Source: Gemmatimonadota bacterium (GTDB taxonomy: Bacteria > Gemmatimonadota > Gemmatimonadetes > Palauibacterales > KS3-K002). From it: 64,000 bases of DNA. The translations under genes were made by a program, and so were the position numbers. The notes under the pieces were generated by a model. It saw nothing but the letters and a program-made list of their open reading frames with translations. It searched no databases and was not told the DNA's origin. The stretch covers positions 14,412 to 78,411 of the forward strand of contig JBDHJU010000011.1 in the NCBI GenBank assembly GCA_039586755.1, given 5' to 3'. Positions 47,727-56,644 of this stretch are shown here, piece after piece. Each line of letters begins with the position of its first letter. The stretch's first letter is position 1.

Positions 47727-47797
47727 AGCCGCGTAATCTGCAGCGCCGTGGCCTGTTAGGAAACCACCGGCGCTCTAGCCCCACCGGGAGGTCAGCC

Positions 47798-49495
47798 ATG
47801 CGCGACGCAGTCACAGCATTCGCCTCGGTCCTGATCGCCTGGGCCGCCATTGGGGCGGCTCCGGGCTTTGCGCAGCAGGCGGAACTAGATAGTGGCGCAA
47901 TCACGCCGCGCGTCGACAGCGTCTTCGCCGAGTACGACCGAACCGATTCGCCGGGCTGCGCGCTGGGCGTGATCCGGGACGGCGAGCTGATCTACGCGCG
48001 CGGCTACGGGATGGCGAACCTCGATCTCGGCGTCGCGATAACGCCGGCCAGTGTCTTCCGCATTGGGTCGACGTCGAAGCAGTTCACGGCTGCGGCCGTC
48101 GTGCTGGCGGCGCAGAACGGAGAACTATCGCTCGAAGACGATATCCGGAAGCATCTGCCCGAGATGCCCGACTACGGTAGGACGATCACGATCCGTGACC
48201 TGCTGCATCACACGAGCGGCATTCGCGACTACATTGGACTTATGTATTTGTCGGGTCTCCGCGAAGACGACTGGTTCACCGACGGTGAAGTCGTGGCGAT
48301 GGTGGCGCGGCAGCAGGCGACCAACTTCGAACCGGGCTCGGAGCATCTGTACAGCAACTCCGGCTACTTCCTGATATCGCAGATAGTCAAGCGAGCCACC
48401 GGGATGTCGCTTCGCGAGTACGCGCAGGAGCACATCTTCCGGCCGCTGGGGATGACCCACACACACTTCCACGACGACCACAAAGAGATCGTCGCGGAGC
48501 GCGCCAGCGGCTACGCGCCGGCACGTGGCGGCGGCTTCCGTATCAGCATGACGACCCTCGACATGGTGGGCGACGGCGGCGTTTTCACGACGGTCGAGGA
48601 CTTGCTACTCTGGGACGGTAACTTCTACGAGCCGCGCGTGGGTGGCGACGAGTTGGTGCAGACGATGCTCCAACGTGGCGTCCTCACGGGCGGCGACACG
48701 CTGAGCTACGCGCTGGGGCTGGGGCACGCGATGTATCGAGGATTGCCCACTGTGCGACACGGGGGAGCGTGGGTGGGGTTCCGGGCGCAGATGATTCGCT
48801 TCCCGGAGCAGCGCTTCTCGGTTATCTGCCTGTGCAATCTGGCCGCGGCGAACCCGACGGAGCTGGCTGAGCAGGTGGCCGACGTCTACTTGGCTGACCT
48901 GCTGGAGCCCGAGCAGGCGGGCCCAGCCACGGCGGCCACATCGCCCGACGATCCGCCCATCGAGCTGGCTCGGGATGAGCTGGCCCGCTGGGTAGGCCTG
49001 TACAGGCGACTCGATGGCGACAGCTATCTGCAGTTGGAGATGCGTGAGGACAAGCTGACGTTGGCCGCAGATGCCGGCTACGAGCTCGTGCCACTGGCCG
49101 AGGATCGTTTCCGACTCGCCGGCATCCCGGTTCAGATCCACTTCGCCGTAACCGAAGACGGGTCCCGCATGACGGTGGTCCAGCGGGGCGGCAGGCGTGC
49201 CTACGATCTCGTGGAAGCGGCGAAGTACAGTGCGGCGGAGCTCGCTGCGTTTGCCGGTACGTTTCACAGCGAGGAGCTCGACTCGAGCTATCGGATCTAT
49301 ATAGCGGAAGGTGAGCTCAAGGTGCTGCGGGGCCGAGGCGACCCGGAAACGCTCCGACCCACGGTGGCGGATGAGTTCATGCTGGCAGGTGCTCGCGTGA
49401 CGTTCGAGCGCGACGTTCGCGGCCGGGCTGGAAGCTTCGTCCTCAACGCGGGTCGTGTCAGAGGCATCCGTTTCGTGCGGATTGACGGGGAGTGA
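47798..49495 (+). CDS. Serine hydrolase of the class C beta-lactamase / PBP4* family with a C-terminal extension domain
   Basis: Signal peptide, SxxK in FRIGSTSKQFTAAAV, YxN in LYSNSGYFL, and HGG in VRHGGAWVGF. Confidence 0.75.
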   Translation: MRDAVTAFASVLIAWAAIGAAPGFAQQAELDSGAITPRVDSVFAEYDRTDSPGCALGVIRDGELIYARGYGMANLDLGVAITPASVFRIGSTSKQFTAAAVVLAAQNGELSLEDDIRKHLPEMPDYGRTITIRDLLHHTSGIRDYIGLMYLSGLREDDWFTDGEVVAMVARQQATNFEPGSEHLYSNSGYFLISQIVKRATGMSLREYAQEHIFRPLGMTHTHFHDDHKEIVAERASGYAPARGGGFRISMTTLDMVGDGGVFTTVEDLLLWDGNFYEPRVGGDELVQTMLQRGVLTGGDTLSYALGLGHAMYRGLPTVRHGGAWVGFRAQMIRFPEQRFSVICLCNLAAANPTELAEQVADVYLADLLEPEQAGPATAATSPDDPPIELARDELARWVGLYRRLDGDSYLQLEMREDKLTLAADAGYELVPLAEDRFRLAGIPVQIHFAVTEDGSRMTVVQRGGRRAYDLVEAAKYSAAELAAFAGTFHSEELDSSYRIYIAEGELKVLRGRGDPETLRPTVADEFMLAGARVTFERDVRGRAGSFVLNAGRVRGIRFVRIDGE

Positions 49496-49577
49496 GGTTG
49501 TGGCGGGTACTATCGGCTGTCAGGAGCCTCTCGACTGTCGCGCCTAAGGTGCACTGTCGAAATTCGGAGGAAGCCCC

Positions 49578-50588
49578 ATGTCCCGTCGGAGAATCGACGG
49601 CATAGAGTGGTACGTGGATGGAAAGGCTGAGGAACGCGGTGAGCCCGGCATCTACCACTCTTACATGGCGAGCCTGGCGACGGCCATCAACCACGTCGCC
49701 GGATCGCTCGACCCTGCGTGGCTGATGGGGAGCAGCGGCTTCGCGTTTAGGAGCTTCGTGAACGAGGTCTTCTGTCCCAGCGCGATGAGCATCTTCAAAT
49801 GGGCGGACGTCCTGCCGGAGGCGATGGAGCAGGCGGGCTATGAGTGCAGATACATAAGTCGTATGTGGGATGACGGCCAGGTGGAGGAGCAGAGGAGGGA
49901 GGAGGCTCACGCCGCGATAGTCGAGGGGGTCGGCCGGGGCGTTCCCGCTATCGTCTGGGACGTCGCCGACGTGGAGTGGGGACTGATAGTCGGGTACGAC
50001 GACGACGGCGAGTCGTACGATGTGCTTTCGTATGTGGGCAAGCCGTCATCGCTTCCCTATGCCAGGTTGGGGAAGAACGGCATCGATGTTCTCTCGGTGG
50101 CTATCCCGGTAGACCCGAATCGCAGGAGTCGCGAAGAGGTCGTACTCAACTCGCTAAGGGTCGCCATCGCCCACGCCGACGGGGAGGAATGGACCGAGCG
50201 GCCCAAGTACCAGAACGGTTTCGCCGGACTCGACCTGTGGGCGACGATCTACAACCGCTGGGCATTACTGGTCGGCGCCGGCAAAGGCGAGAAGCTATCT
50301 CTGGACCTGGTCGACTGGGCCGCTTACTACGCCGGGCATCACTATTCGGCCCGCTGCTACGCCCGGGATTACCTGGAGGCCGTCGCCGGTGAGAGCGAGC
50401 CTTTGCGGCAGGCGTCGTCGTCGTTCGCGGCGGTCGCTTGCCACCTGCGGCCGGTCTGGGAACACGCCTGCGAGAAGCGCCCCCCCGAAAGCGTCGTTCT
50501 GTCTTCCCTGGCGGATCATATAAGAGACGCGCTGCTCTCCGAGGTGCGGGCGATCGATTACATCAGGGAGCACGTGGAAGATCGCTAG
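49578..50588 (+). CDS. Hypothetical protein
   Basis: 336-aa ORF with coherent codon usage and no signal peptide. It vaguely resembles BtrH-N/DUF4872-type proteins, but I cannot support that assignment from motifs. Confidence 0.35.
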   Translation: MSRRRIDGIEWYVDGKAEERGEPGIYHSYMASLATAINHVAGSLDPAWLMGSSGFAFRSFVNEVFCPSAMSIFKWADVLPEAMEQAGYECRYISRMWDDGQVEEQRREEAHAAIVEGVGRGVPAIVWDVADVEWGLIVGYDDDGESYDVLSYVGKPSSLPYARLGKNGIDVLSVAIPVDPNRRSREEVVLNSLRVAIAHADGEEWTERPKYQNGFAGLDLWATIYNRWALLVGAGKGEKLSLDLVDWAAYYAGHHYSARCYARDYLEAVAGESEPLRQASSSFAAVACHLRPVWEHACEKRPPESVVLSSLADHIRDALLSEVRAIDYIREHVEDR

Positions 50589-53287
50589 AGGCTCAGCCAG
50601 TAGTTGACCTTCACCAGGACCGTGTTCTGGGCCGGATCGTCGAACAGCCTGTCGAACTCCTTCAGGCCCCGGAACGTGGGGTCACTCAACCAATTGAAGC
50701 GGTCGTGGTTCCAGACCAGGAAGAGCGTCGAGCCGGGCATGTACTCCCAACGCAGTACCAGGTTGGTGCGAAGCGAACGGGTGGAGAAATCCGGGTTGAA
50801 GAAGGTAAACGGCTCGGCCGGACCGTCGCCGTCCGGGTCCACCGTGTAGGTGTTGGATTCGTCGTCCAACGAGATCATCGAGCCACCATCCACCCCGTAG
50901 ACAAGGTGGTTGAACGTACCGGGCTCGGCCAGCTCCTTGAAGCCCATGTAGTCGCCGCTGGCGATGAACGGTTGTGCCCAGAGCTGCAGCGACAGGTTGG
51001 GCGTGACCGCCAAGTCCATCCGCACGGTAAGGTCGAAACTGGTCTGAACGAGCTCGCTAAACACGTAACGCCCGCCGAACGTTGCCGTAGCGAGAGAATC
51101 CTGTCGCTGCGTGACGTAGAAGCCCATCGAATGTGACTTTTCGAAGCCGGGCGAAAGGGTGAGGTTGAGCGATCCGGTCGGCCGGATCCGGATGGTTACG
51201 CCGCTACCGAGGCCCCAGCCGCCGTATTCGTTTCCGGCGTAGTACGTGAAGAGGCCGAGCGAAACGGGTTTGCGACTGTCGGTACTGACGAAGACTTCGC
51301 CGTTCCAAACCTGCGGCCTCTCCCTCAGTGGACCGCCTCGGGTCGCTTTGTCGTCCTGCGCTCTGAAGCTGTAGCTAGCCCCGACGTTGAAGTCCCAGTA
51401 GTTGAGGAACTGCCCCCCGACGCCGATGTACGGCGTGCGGCCCAGAGCTGCACCGCCGAAGTTCCACGATTGCGCGAAGGTCGCATTTATGCGAAAGTTG
51501 CGGAAGACTTTCCCGGGATCGAGCCAGCGTCGCTGCAGACGCAATCCCCAGAAGACACGGTCGACGACGCTTTCGAACCCGGCATCGTTGATCTCGAATC
51601 CCGGCGAGTAGGCGAAGAAGTCCGTCGCGTAGGTCCAGTTGCCGCTTACCTTGCCCGCCTGCAGCGAGGTGGCGTAACCCGACAGGCCCGTTGCCGTCGT
51701 GTCGACCGAGACGTAGTCCTGGTCGGGCCGCTGGTAATAGCGAGCCGACGAGCGCTGCGTGCCAGTAATCGCCAGCTGGTCACCCCGGATGTGCGACGCG
51801 GCAAACGAGCCATTCACCACGAACTGGTCGTTGCTGAAGCGGTGGAAGAAGTCGACCCCGCCCGAAAAGGCAGAGGAGCGCAGGTAGTTGAAGTCGGGGT
51901 CGTTGATATCGCGCAGCACGCTCGTACCGAGCAGACCGATACCGCTGGCGCCGTCGCGAAAATCCCTCCTGAGGCTGAGTACGGCATAGTTGGCCAGCGG
52001 TTCGACCTGGGTGGAGCTTCGGGTCCCGTCCTCGGCGAAAAGCTGCGCGTATTCCCGCGAGGTCAGCGCGTCCATCGCGCCGATCGACCAACGGCCCGTC
52101 TTACCCGAAACTTTGGCTGCTCCGATGACTTTGGTGGCAGTCGGGTAATCGACGTACCCTCCCGGCTCGAAAACTGCGCGGGTGGGACTGCGGCCGACGC
52201 GGCGCGAGTAGAACAGCTGTGGCGCTCCAAAGACGAAGCCGCCGCTGCCGGCGCCGAACTGGAAGAGGTCCGCCCCCTCGACGAAGAAGGGTCGACGCTC
52301 CTGGAAGTAAGTCTCGAAGGCGCTCAGGTTGACGACCGCCGGGTCCGCCTCGACCTGACCGAAGTCGGGGTTGACCGTGGCATCGAGCGTTAGGCCGCTG
52401 GTGACGCCGTACTTCAGGTCGAAGCCGGCGGAGAGGTCGTAATTGCCGCCCTGGGTGAAGGGGTTGTCCGGATCGATGCCTTCCTTGTAGTCGGCCGTGC
52501 CGACGGTGTACGGCAACAGCTCCAGCCGGCGCGGCGCCGGGATATCCCGCAGTCCGACAAGATGCCCGAAGTTGGACGCGTAGCCCTGCTCGGTGTTGGG
52601 TACCCAGCTCCAGCGGACTCTCTCGTTCTTGCGGAAGATCCTCCGCGCGATGTTGATTCCCCATACCTGCTCTTCGCCGCCTGGGAAACGGAGCTGTGAG
52701 AAGGGAATCTGCATCTCCACGACCCAGCCCAACGAATCCACCTGCGCCGCCACGGCCCACACCGGCTCCCAGGAATCATCGCCGTGCATATCGTCGTTCG
52801 TGGCCACTTCATCGTTCCGCACGCCGGCCGGGTTGACCGAGAAGCGAAAGGCTGTGCGGTGATCATGATACGAGTCGATGATGACCCAAAACTCATCACT
52901 CGACGTGTGGGTGTCGCGCCTGCCGAGGCGTCGGACGATCGCCTCGGGCGCGCTGTCGTACAGCCGGGCACCGATGTAGAGAGCGCTCCCGTCGTAGACG
53001 ATGCAGACTTCGGTGCGCTCGCTCGGCGCCGTCCCGTCCTCCGGCTCGACCTGGGTGAAGTCCGAGACGATCATGGCGCCCTGCCACGCCGCGTCGTCCA
53101 GCCGCCCGTCCAGGTCGGGCGCCTGGTCCACGTAGGTTGCGGTGATCTGCGGCGGCACACGCCCGTCCCCGTGCGTCAGCATCGACGCCAGGGCCTGGCT
53201 GGTGGTCTCGGTCTGTGGTGCTGCCGCCTGAATAGCGAGCGCGAAAGCGAGTATGATCATGGTGCACGGTGTGTAGGGTGCCACCAA
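50585..53287 (-). CDS. CBM9-like plus DUF5916-type large secreted/outer-membrane protein (distant paralog of 39246-41417)
   Basis: YVDQAPDLDGRLDDAAWQGAMIVSDFTQVEPEDG...ALYIGARLYD, NPDFGQVEADPAVVNLSAFETYFQERRPFF, and a long beta-rich C-terminus ending VKVNYWLSL. The probable start is Met10 at 53260 (MIILAFALAIQAAAPQ). Confidence 0.6.
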   Translation of the reverse strand: MVAPYTPCTMIILAFALAIQAAAPQTETTSQALASMLTHGDGRVPPQITATYVDQAPDLDGRLDDAAWQGAMIVSDFTQVEPEDGTAPSERTEVCIVYDGSALYIGARLYDSAPEAIVRRLGRRDTHTSSDEFWVIIDSYHDHRTAFRFSVNPAGVRNDEVATNDDMHGDDSWEPVWAVAAQVDSLGWVVEMQIPFSQLRFPGGEEQVWGINIARRIFRKNERVRWSWVPNTEQGYASNFGHLVGLRDIPAPRRLELLPYTVGTADYKEGIDPDNPFTQGGNYDLSAGFDLKYGVTSGLTLDATVNPDFGQVEADPAVVNLSAFETYFQERRPFFVEGADLFQFGAGSGGFVFGAPQLFYSRRVGRSPTRAVFEPGGYVDYPTATKVIGAAKVSGKTGRWSIGAMDALTSREYAQLFAEDGTRSSTQVEPLANYAVLSLRRDFRDGASGIGLLGTSVLRDINDPDFNYLRSSAFSGGVDFFHRFSNDQFVVNGSFAASHIRGDQLAITGTQRSSARYYQRPDQDYVSVDTTATGLSGYATSLQAGKVSGNWTYATDFFAYSPGFEINDAGFESVVDRVFWGLRLQRRWLDPGKVFRNFRINATFAQSWNFGGAALGRTPYIGVGGQFLNYWDFNVGASYSFRAQDDKATRGGPLRERPQVWNGEVFVSTDSRKPVSLGLFTYYAGNEYGGWGLGSGVTIRIRPTGSLNLTLSPGFEKSHSMGFYVTQRQDSLATATFGGRYVFSELVQTSFDLTVRMDLAVTPNLSLQLWAQPFIASGDYMGFKELAEPGTFNHLVYGVDGGSMISLDDESNTYTVDPDGDGPAEPFTFFNPDFSTRSLRTNLVLRWEYMPGSTLFLVWNHDRFNWLSDPTFRGLKEFDRLFDDPAQNTVLVKVNYWLSL

Positions 53288-53452
53288 ACCTTAGATGCCA
53301 GTTGCCTTCAGATGGTTGCGGGCGGAAACCACTGCCGCGACCGGCGAGCGTCATCGTATTAGATGTACGATGAGTGACGAAGGTTGCCGGAGGTCTTTTC
53401 GACATCGAGCAGCCCACAGCCGACCGCCGATTGTCGGCTTCTCTTCAACGAC

Positions 53453-53509
53453 CGACGAACGACGACCCACCCTCGACGTCGAACGTCGCGAGTGGGGCGT
53501 CGTTCGTCG
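53453..53509. repeat. Extended GC-rich inverted repeat in the 276-nt intergenic region
   Basis: CGACGAACGACGACCC (53453-53468) pairs with GGGGCGTCGTTCGTCG (53494-53509): 12 perfect bp, then 3 more after one mismatch. The 25-nt loop is itself partly self-complementary (CGACGTCG). Confidence 0.6.
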
Positions 53510-53563
53510 AAAACCGGCTGAAGAATCGGCTGTCGAATGTCGGTTTTCTTACTGTACCCGCAA

Positions 53564-55231
53564 CTAGTAAGTCGCCTGTGCCAGAAGTTCCATCGAGTTG
53601 ACCGCCTCGACCAACCTGACGAACTCGGCTCTGTAGCCTTGCGAATCGTCGCCGGTCGCGGCGCGGGCCACTTCAAGGACATCGGCCAGCGTCCAATCGT
53701 CGCCGCAGTACTCGGACTCTCTGAGGATCATCCCGAACCCGGCCACCGCGGCGGCGAAACGCATATCGACGGACGGGTCGTCGGACGAGTCGAGCACCGG
53801 ATGGTGGATGAGCCGGCTCTCGTCTCCGTCGGGCTCCTTGTAGCGGAGCTTGACGAACATGAGCTCGGGCGAGTCCGAGGTCGAAGTCGTCGCAGCCGGC
53901 GTCTGGTAGCGCAGCGAATCGACGCCGCGGATCCCGTACGGACTGTCGATGCCGACTGGGATCAACTCGTAGAGGGCGGTCACCGAGTGACCGGCGCCCA
54001 GCTCGCCGGCGTCCTTCGTGTCGTCGTTGAAATCCTCGTTCGCCAGCAGACGGTTTTCGTAGCCGATCAGGCGGTAGGCCGCCACCCGGCTCGGGTTGAA
54101 CTCGACCTGGATCTTCACGTCTTTGGCGATTGTGAGCAGCGTGCCGCCCATCTCGGTCACCAGCACCTTACGAGCTTCCATCAGGTTGTCGATGTAGGCG
54201 AAGTTGCCATTCCCGTGATCTGCCAGCTGCTCCATCTTCGAGTCCTTCAGGTTGCCCGTACCGAAGCCGAGCACGGTGAGGAAGGTACCCTGCTCGCGCT
54301 TCTCCTCGATGAGACGGACCATCGCGGCGTCGCTCGAAGCGCCCACGTTGAAGTCGCCGTCTGTCGCCAGGATTACGCGGTTGTTTCCACCGTCGATGTG
54401 GTTCTCGTGCGCGATCCTGTAGGCGAGGATGATCCCCTCGCCGCCTGCGGTCGAGCCGCCGGCCTCGAGCGCCTCGATGGCGCTGAGGATCGTGTCCTTC
54501 TCATCGCCTGGCGTCGACGGGAGCACGAGGCCGGCGGCGCCGGCGTAGACCACTATGGCGACCCGGTCCTCAGGACGAAGCTCGTTCACCAGCATCCGGA
54601 ACGATGCCTTCAACAGCGGCAGTTTGTCCGGCGATTGCATCGAGCCCGAAACGTCGAGCAGGAAGACGAGGTTGCTGGGCGGCAGGTTTTCCGTATCGAC
54701 CCTCTCTCCCTGAATGCCTATGCGCACCAGCTTGTGAAGCGGGTTCCAGGGCGCGTCCGTCAGCTCGGTGGTGATCGAGAACGGGTGCTCGCCGTCGGGG
54801 TCGGGGTAGTCGTAGTGGAAGTAATTGATCAGCTCTTCGATGCGCACGGCGTCGATGGGCGGCCGCTGACCGTGGTTGATGAACCGCCGCACGTTGCTGT
54901 ACGACGCTCGGTCGACGTCGATGGAGAAGGTCGACAGCGGGTTGACCGCCGCGCTGAGAAACATGTTCTCGACGATCCGAGCGTACGACTCGGTATTGAA
55001 GTTGGGGTCGTAGCGGCCCTGTAGCTCGTAGCTCACGCCGCCTACTGCGTCGGCGGCGGCCTTGCCGCGCTCCCTCAACTCGGTGGCCGAGATCGGCACG
55101 GCCTGCGGCGTGACAACTGCGGGATCCTGCTCGCCCTCATCCGTCCGCGCCTCTTGCTTGAGGGCGGTCGCCGTGCAGGCGTATACGCCCAGTACGAAAA
55201 GGGCAATCAGTGTGGTCGGTCGGTGGTTCAT
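53564..55231 (-). CDS. von Willebrand factor A domain protein, YfbK-like (vWA + DUF3520 architecture), secreted
   Basis: The internal start at 55231 gives MNHRPTTLIALFVLGVYACTA. NPLSTFSIDVDRASYSNVRRFINHGQRPPIDAVRIEELINYF, and vWA MIDAS in NLVFLLDVSGSM...ATDGDFNVG. The listed ORF extends to 55741, but the upstream 170 codons look non-coding. Confidence 0.75.
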   Translation of the reverse strand: MNHRPTTLIALFVLGVYACTATALKQEARTDEGEQDPAVVTPQAVPISATELRERGKAAADAVGGVSYELQGRYDPNFNTESYARIVENMFLSAAVNPLSTFSIDVDRASYSNVRRFINHGQRPPIDAVRIEELINYFHYDYPDPDGEHPFSITTELTDAPWNPLHKLVRIGIQGERVDTENLPPSNLVFLLDVSGSMQSPDKLPLLKASFRMLVNELRPEDRVAIVVYAGAAGLVLPSTPGDEKDTILSAIEALEAGGSTAGGEGIILAYRIAHENHIDGGNNRVILATDGDFNVGASSDAAMVRLIEEKREQGTFLTVLGFGTGNLKDSKMEQLADHGNGNFAYIDNLMEARKVLVTEMGGTLLTIAKDVKIQVEFNPSRVAAYRLIGYENRLLANEDFNDDTKDAGELGAGHSVTALYELIPVGIDSPYGIRGVDSLRYQTPAATTSTSDSPELMFVKLRYKEPDGDESRLIHHPVLDSSDDPSVDMRFAAAVAGFGMILRESEYCGDDWTLADVLEVARAATGDDSQGYRAEFVRLVEAVNSMELLAQATY

Positions 55232-55417
55232 GATTATCGCTCCCTCTCTAGCCCGGGCCGGGCCCGGTGCAATTTGGCTCAGGTCCTCCTTCCAAGAAGG
55301 GAGACGATCTAGGCCCCGGGGCTTGCACACCTCAGCCCCGGCCCCTCTGGTTCGTGAATCGGTGGGCCCGCATACTGCGTAGTGTATCCCATAGCCAAAT
55401 ACCGTCCGGAGGGCGTT

Positions 55418-56608
55418 ATGAAACGACCACCCGAATCTCAGGAGCGGGAGATCAGTCGCAGGGACTTCGTGCGCCTGTCGGCTATGGTGGTGGGGAGCGC
55501 CGCGGTGGGGGGGTGCGGAGGCACCCCCAGCTCGCAGGGGCCGACCACACCGGATCCAGAGATCCCGGTGGAGCCGACGGCGAGCGTGGCGGCGGCTCGT
55601 GGCACCGACCTTTACAGCATGACCCGTGAGGTGCTGGAGCGGGTCGGCGGGATCGAAAGCGTCGTCCACGAAGGCGAGACGGTGTTCATCAAGCCCAACA
55701 TGGTGACCTTCCCCTGGGCATCGAATGGCAGTGTCTTCCACAACGGAGAATGCACGAAACCGGAGATCCTCATCGCCACGGCCGAGGAGTGCCTGAGGGT
55801 GGGTGCGTCCGAGGTCGTCATCGGCGACGGCTCACAAATAGCGTCTTTCGACTGGGAAGAGGCGACGACCCTGGACGGCTCGACGAACCTGGTCGCCGAG
55901 GCGGCGCGCTTGAGCTCGGAGTACGCCGGTAACTGCAGGGTGGCATGCCTCGAAGTCGATTCGCCGGAGTGGGACGAGGTCCCCTCTAGCACTTACCTGG
56001 GGACGATCGCGACGTCCAGCCTCGTAACCCGAGCCGATCGCGTAATCACGGTACCCGTCGCCAAGACTCATTGTTGGGCCCAGCTGACTCTGGGGCTGAA
56101 GAATTTCGTCGGCGTCACGTCGCTGGCGCGCTACGCGGGAACCGCCAACGATCGCGGTGTTGTGTTCGATCACAGCAGCACTCGGTCGATCGCCGAGATC
56201 TATCTCGATGTCGTGCGCGGTGCGCAGGTAGACCTCTCGATCATCGACTTCTCCATCGGGGTCGAGGGCGATGGCCCGACCACGGGCCATGGCGGCCGGA
56301 CGGTGGACATGAGGAACCGGCTCGGTTCATGGCTCTTGCTCGCCAGTACCGATGTGGTGGCGGCCGACGCGATGGCGGCCCAGGTCATGAACCACAACCC
56401 CCACTCGATAACGCAGCTGCCCATGGCGAGGTCGCTGGGTTTGGGCGAGTATCGTCCGGACTACATCGAGCTCGTCGGCGCGGACCTCGACGATCTGCGC
56501 GTCACCTGGGCGCCGGCCGTACTCAGGAACCGGATCGCCAGTTGTCCCTTCTCGGGCCCGCACTTCGCGGCCCGGCCTCGCAACAGAACCACTGGGCACG
56601 CGGTCTAG
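55418..56608 (+). CDS. DUF362-domain protein with a Tat-type signal and lipobox
   Basis: MKRPPESQEREISRRDFVRLSAMVVGSAAVGGCGG has a twin-arginine-like signal. ETVFIKPNMV and AKTHCWAQLTLGLKNFVG match the DUF362 pattern as recalled. Confidence 0.6.
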   Translation: MKRPPESQEREISRRDFVRLSAMVVGSAAVGGCGGTPSSQGPTTPDPEIPVEPTASVAAARGTDLYSMTREVLERVGGIESVVHEGETVFIKPNMVTFPWASNGSVFHNGECTKPEILIATAEECLRVGASEVVIGDGSQIASFDWEEATTLDGSTNLVAEAARLSSEYAGNCRVACLEVDSPEWDEVPSSTYLGTIATSSLVTRADRVITVPVAKTHCWAQLTLGLKNFVGVTSLARYAGTANDRGVVFDHSSTRSIAEIYLDVVRGAQVDLSIIDFSIGVEGDGPTTGHGGRTVDMRNRLGSWLLLASTDVVAADAMAAQVMNHNPHSITQLPMARSLGLGEYRPDYIELVGADLDDLRVTWAPAVLRNRIASCPFSGPHFAARPRNRTTGHAV

Positions 56609-56644
56609 GGTGACCGCGTGCCAGTGCCAGATCGGAGGACGCAG

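Noticed and set aside
53537-55024. 495-aa plus-strand ORF antisense to the vWA gene, and the 170-codon N-terminal extension of the vWA ORF itself (55232-55741).
   Set aside because: The vWA sense frame has the MIDAS and YfbK-type motifs, with a signal peptide beginning at the internal Met (55231). The extension and the antisense ORF are Arg/His/Gly-rich with no domain signature.
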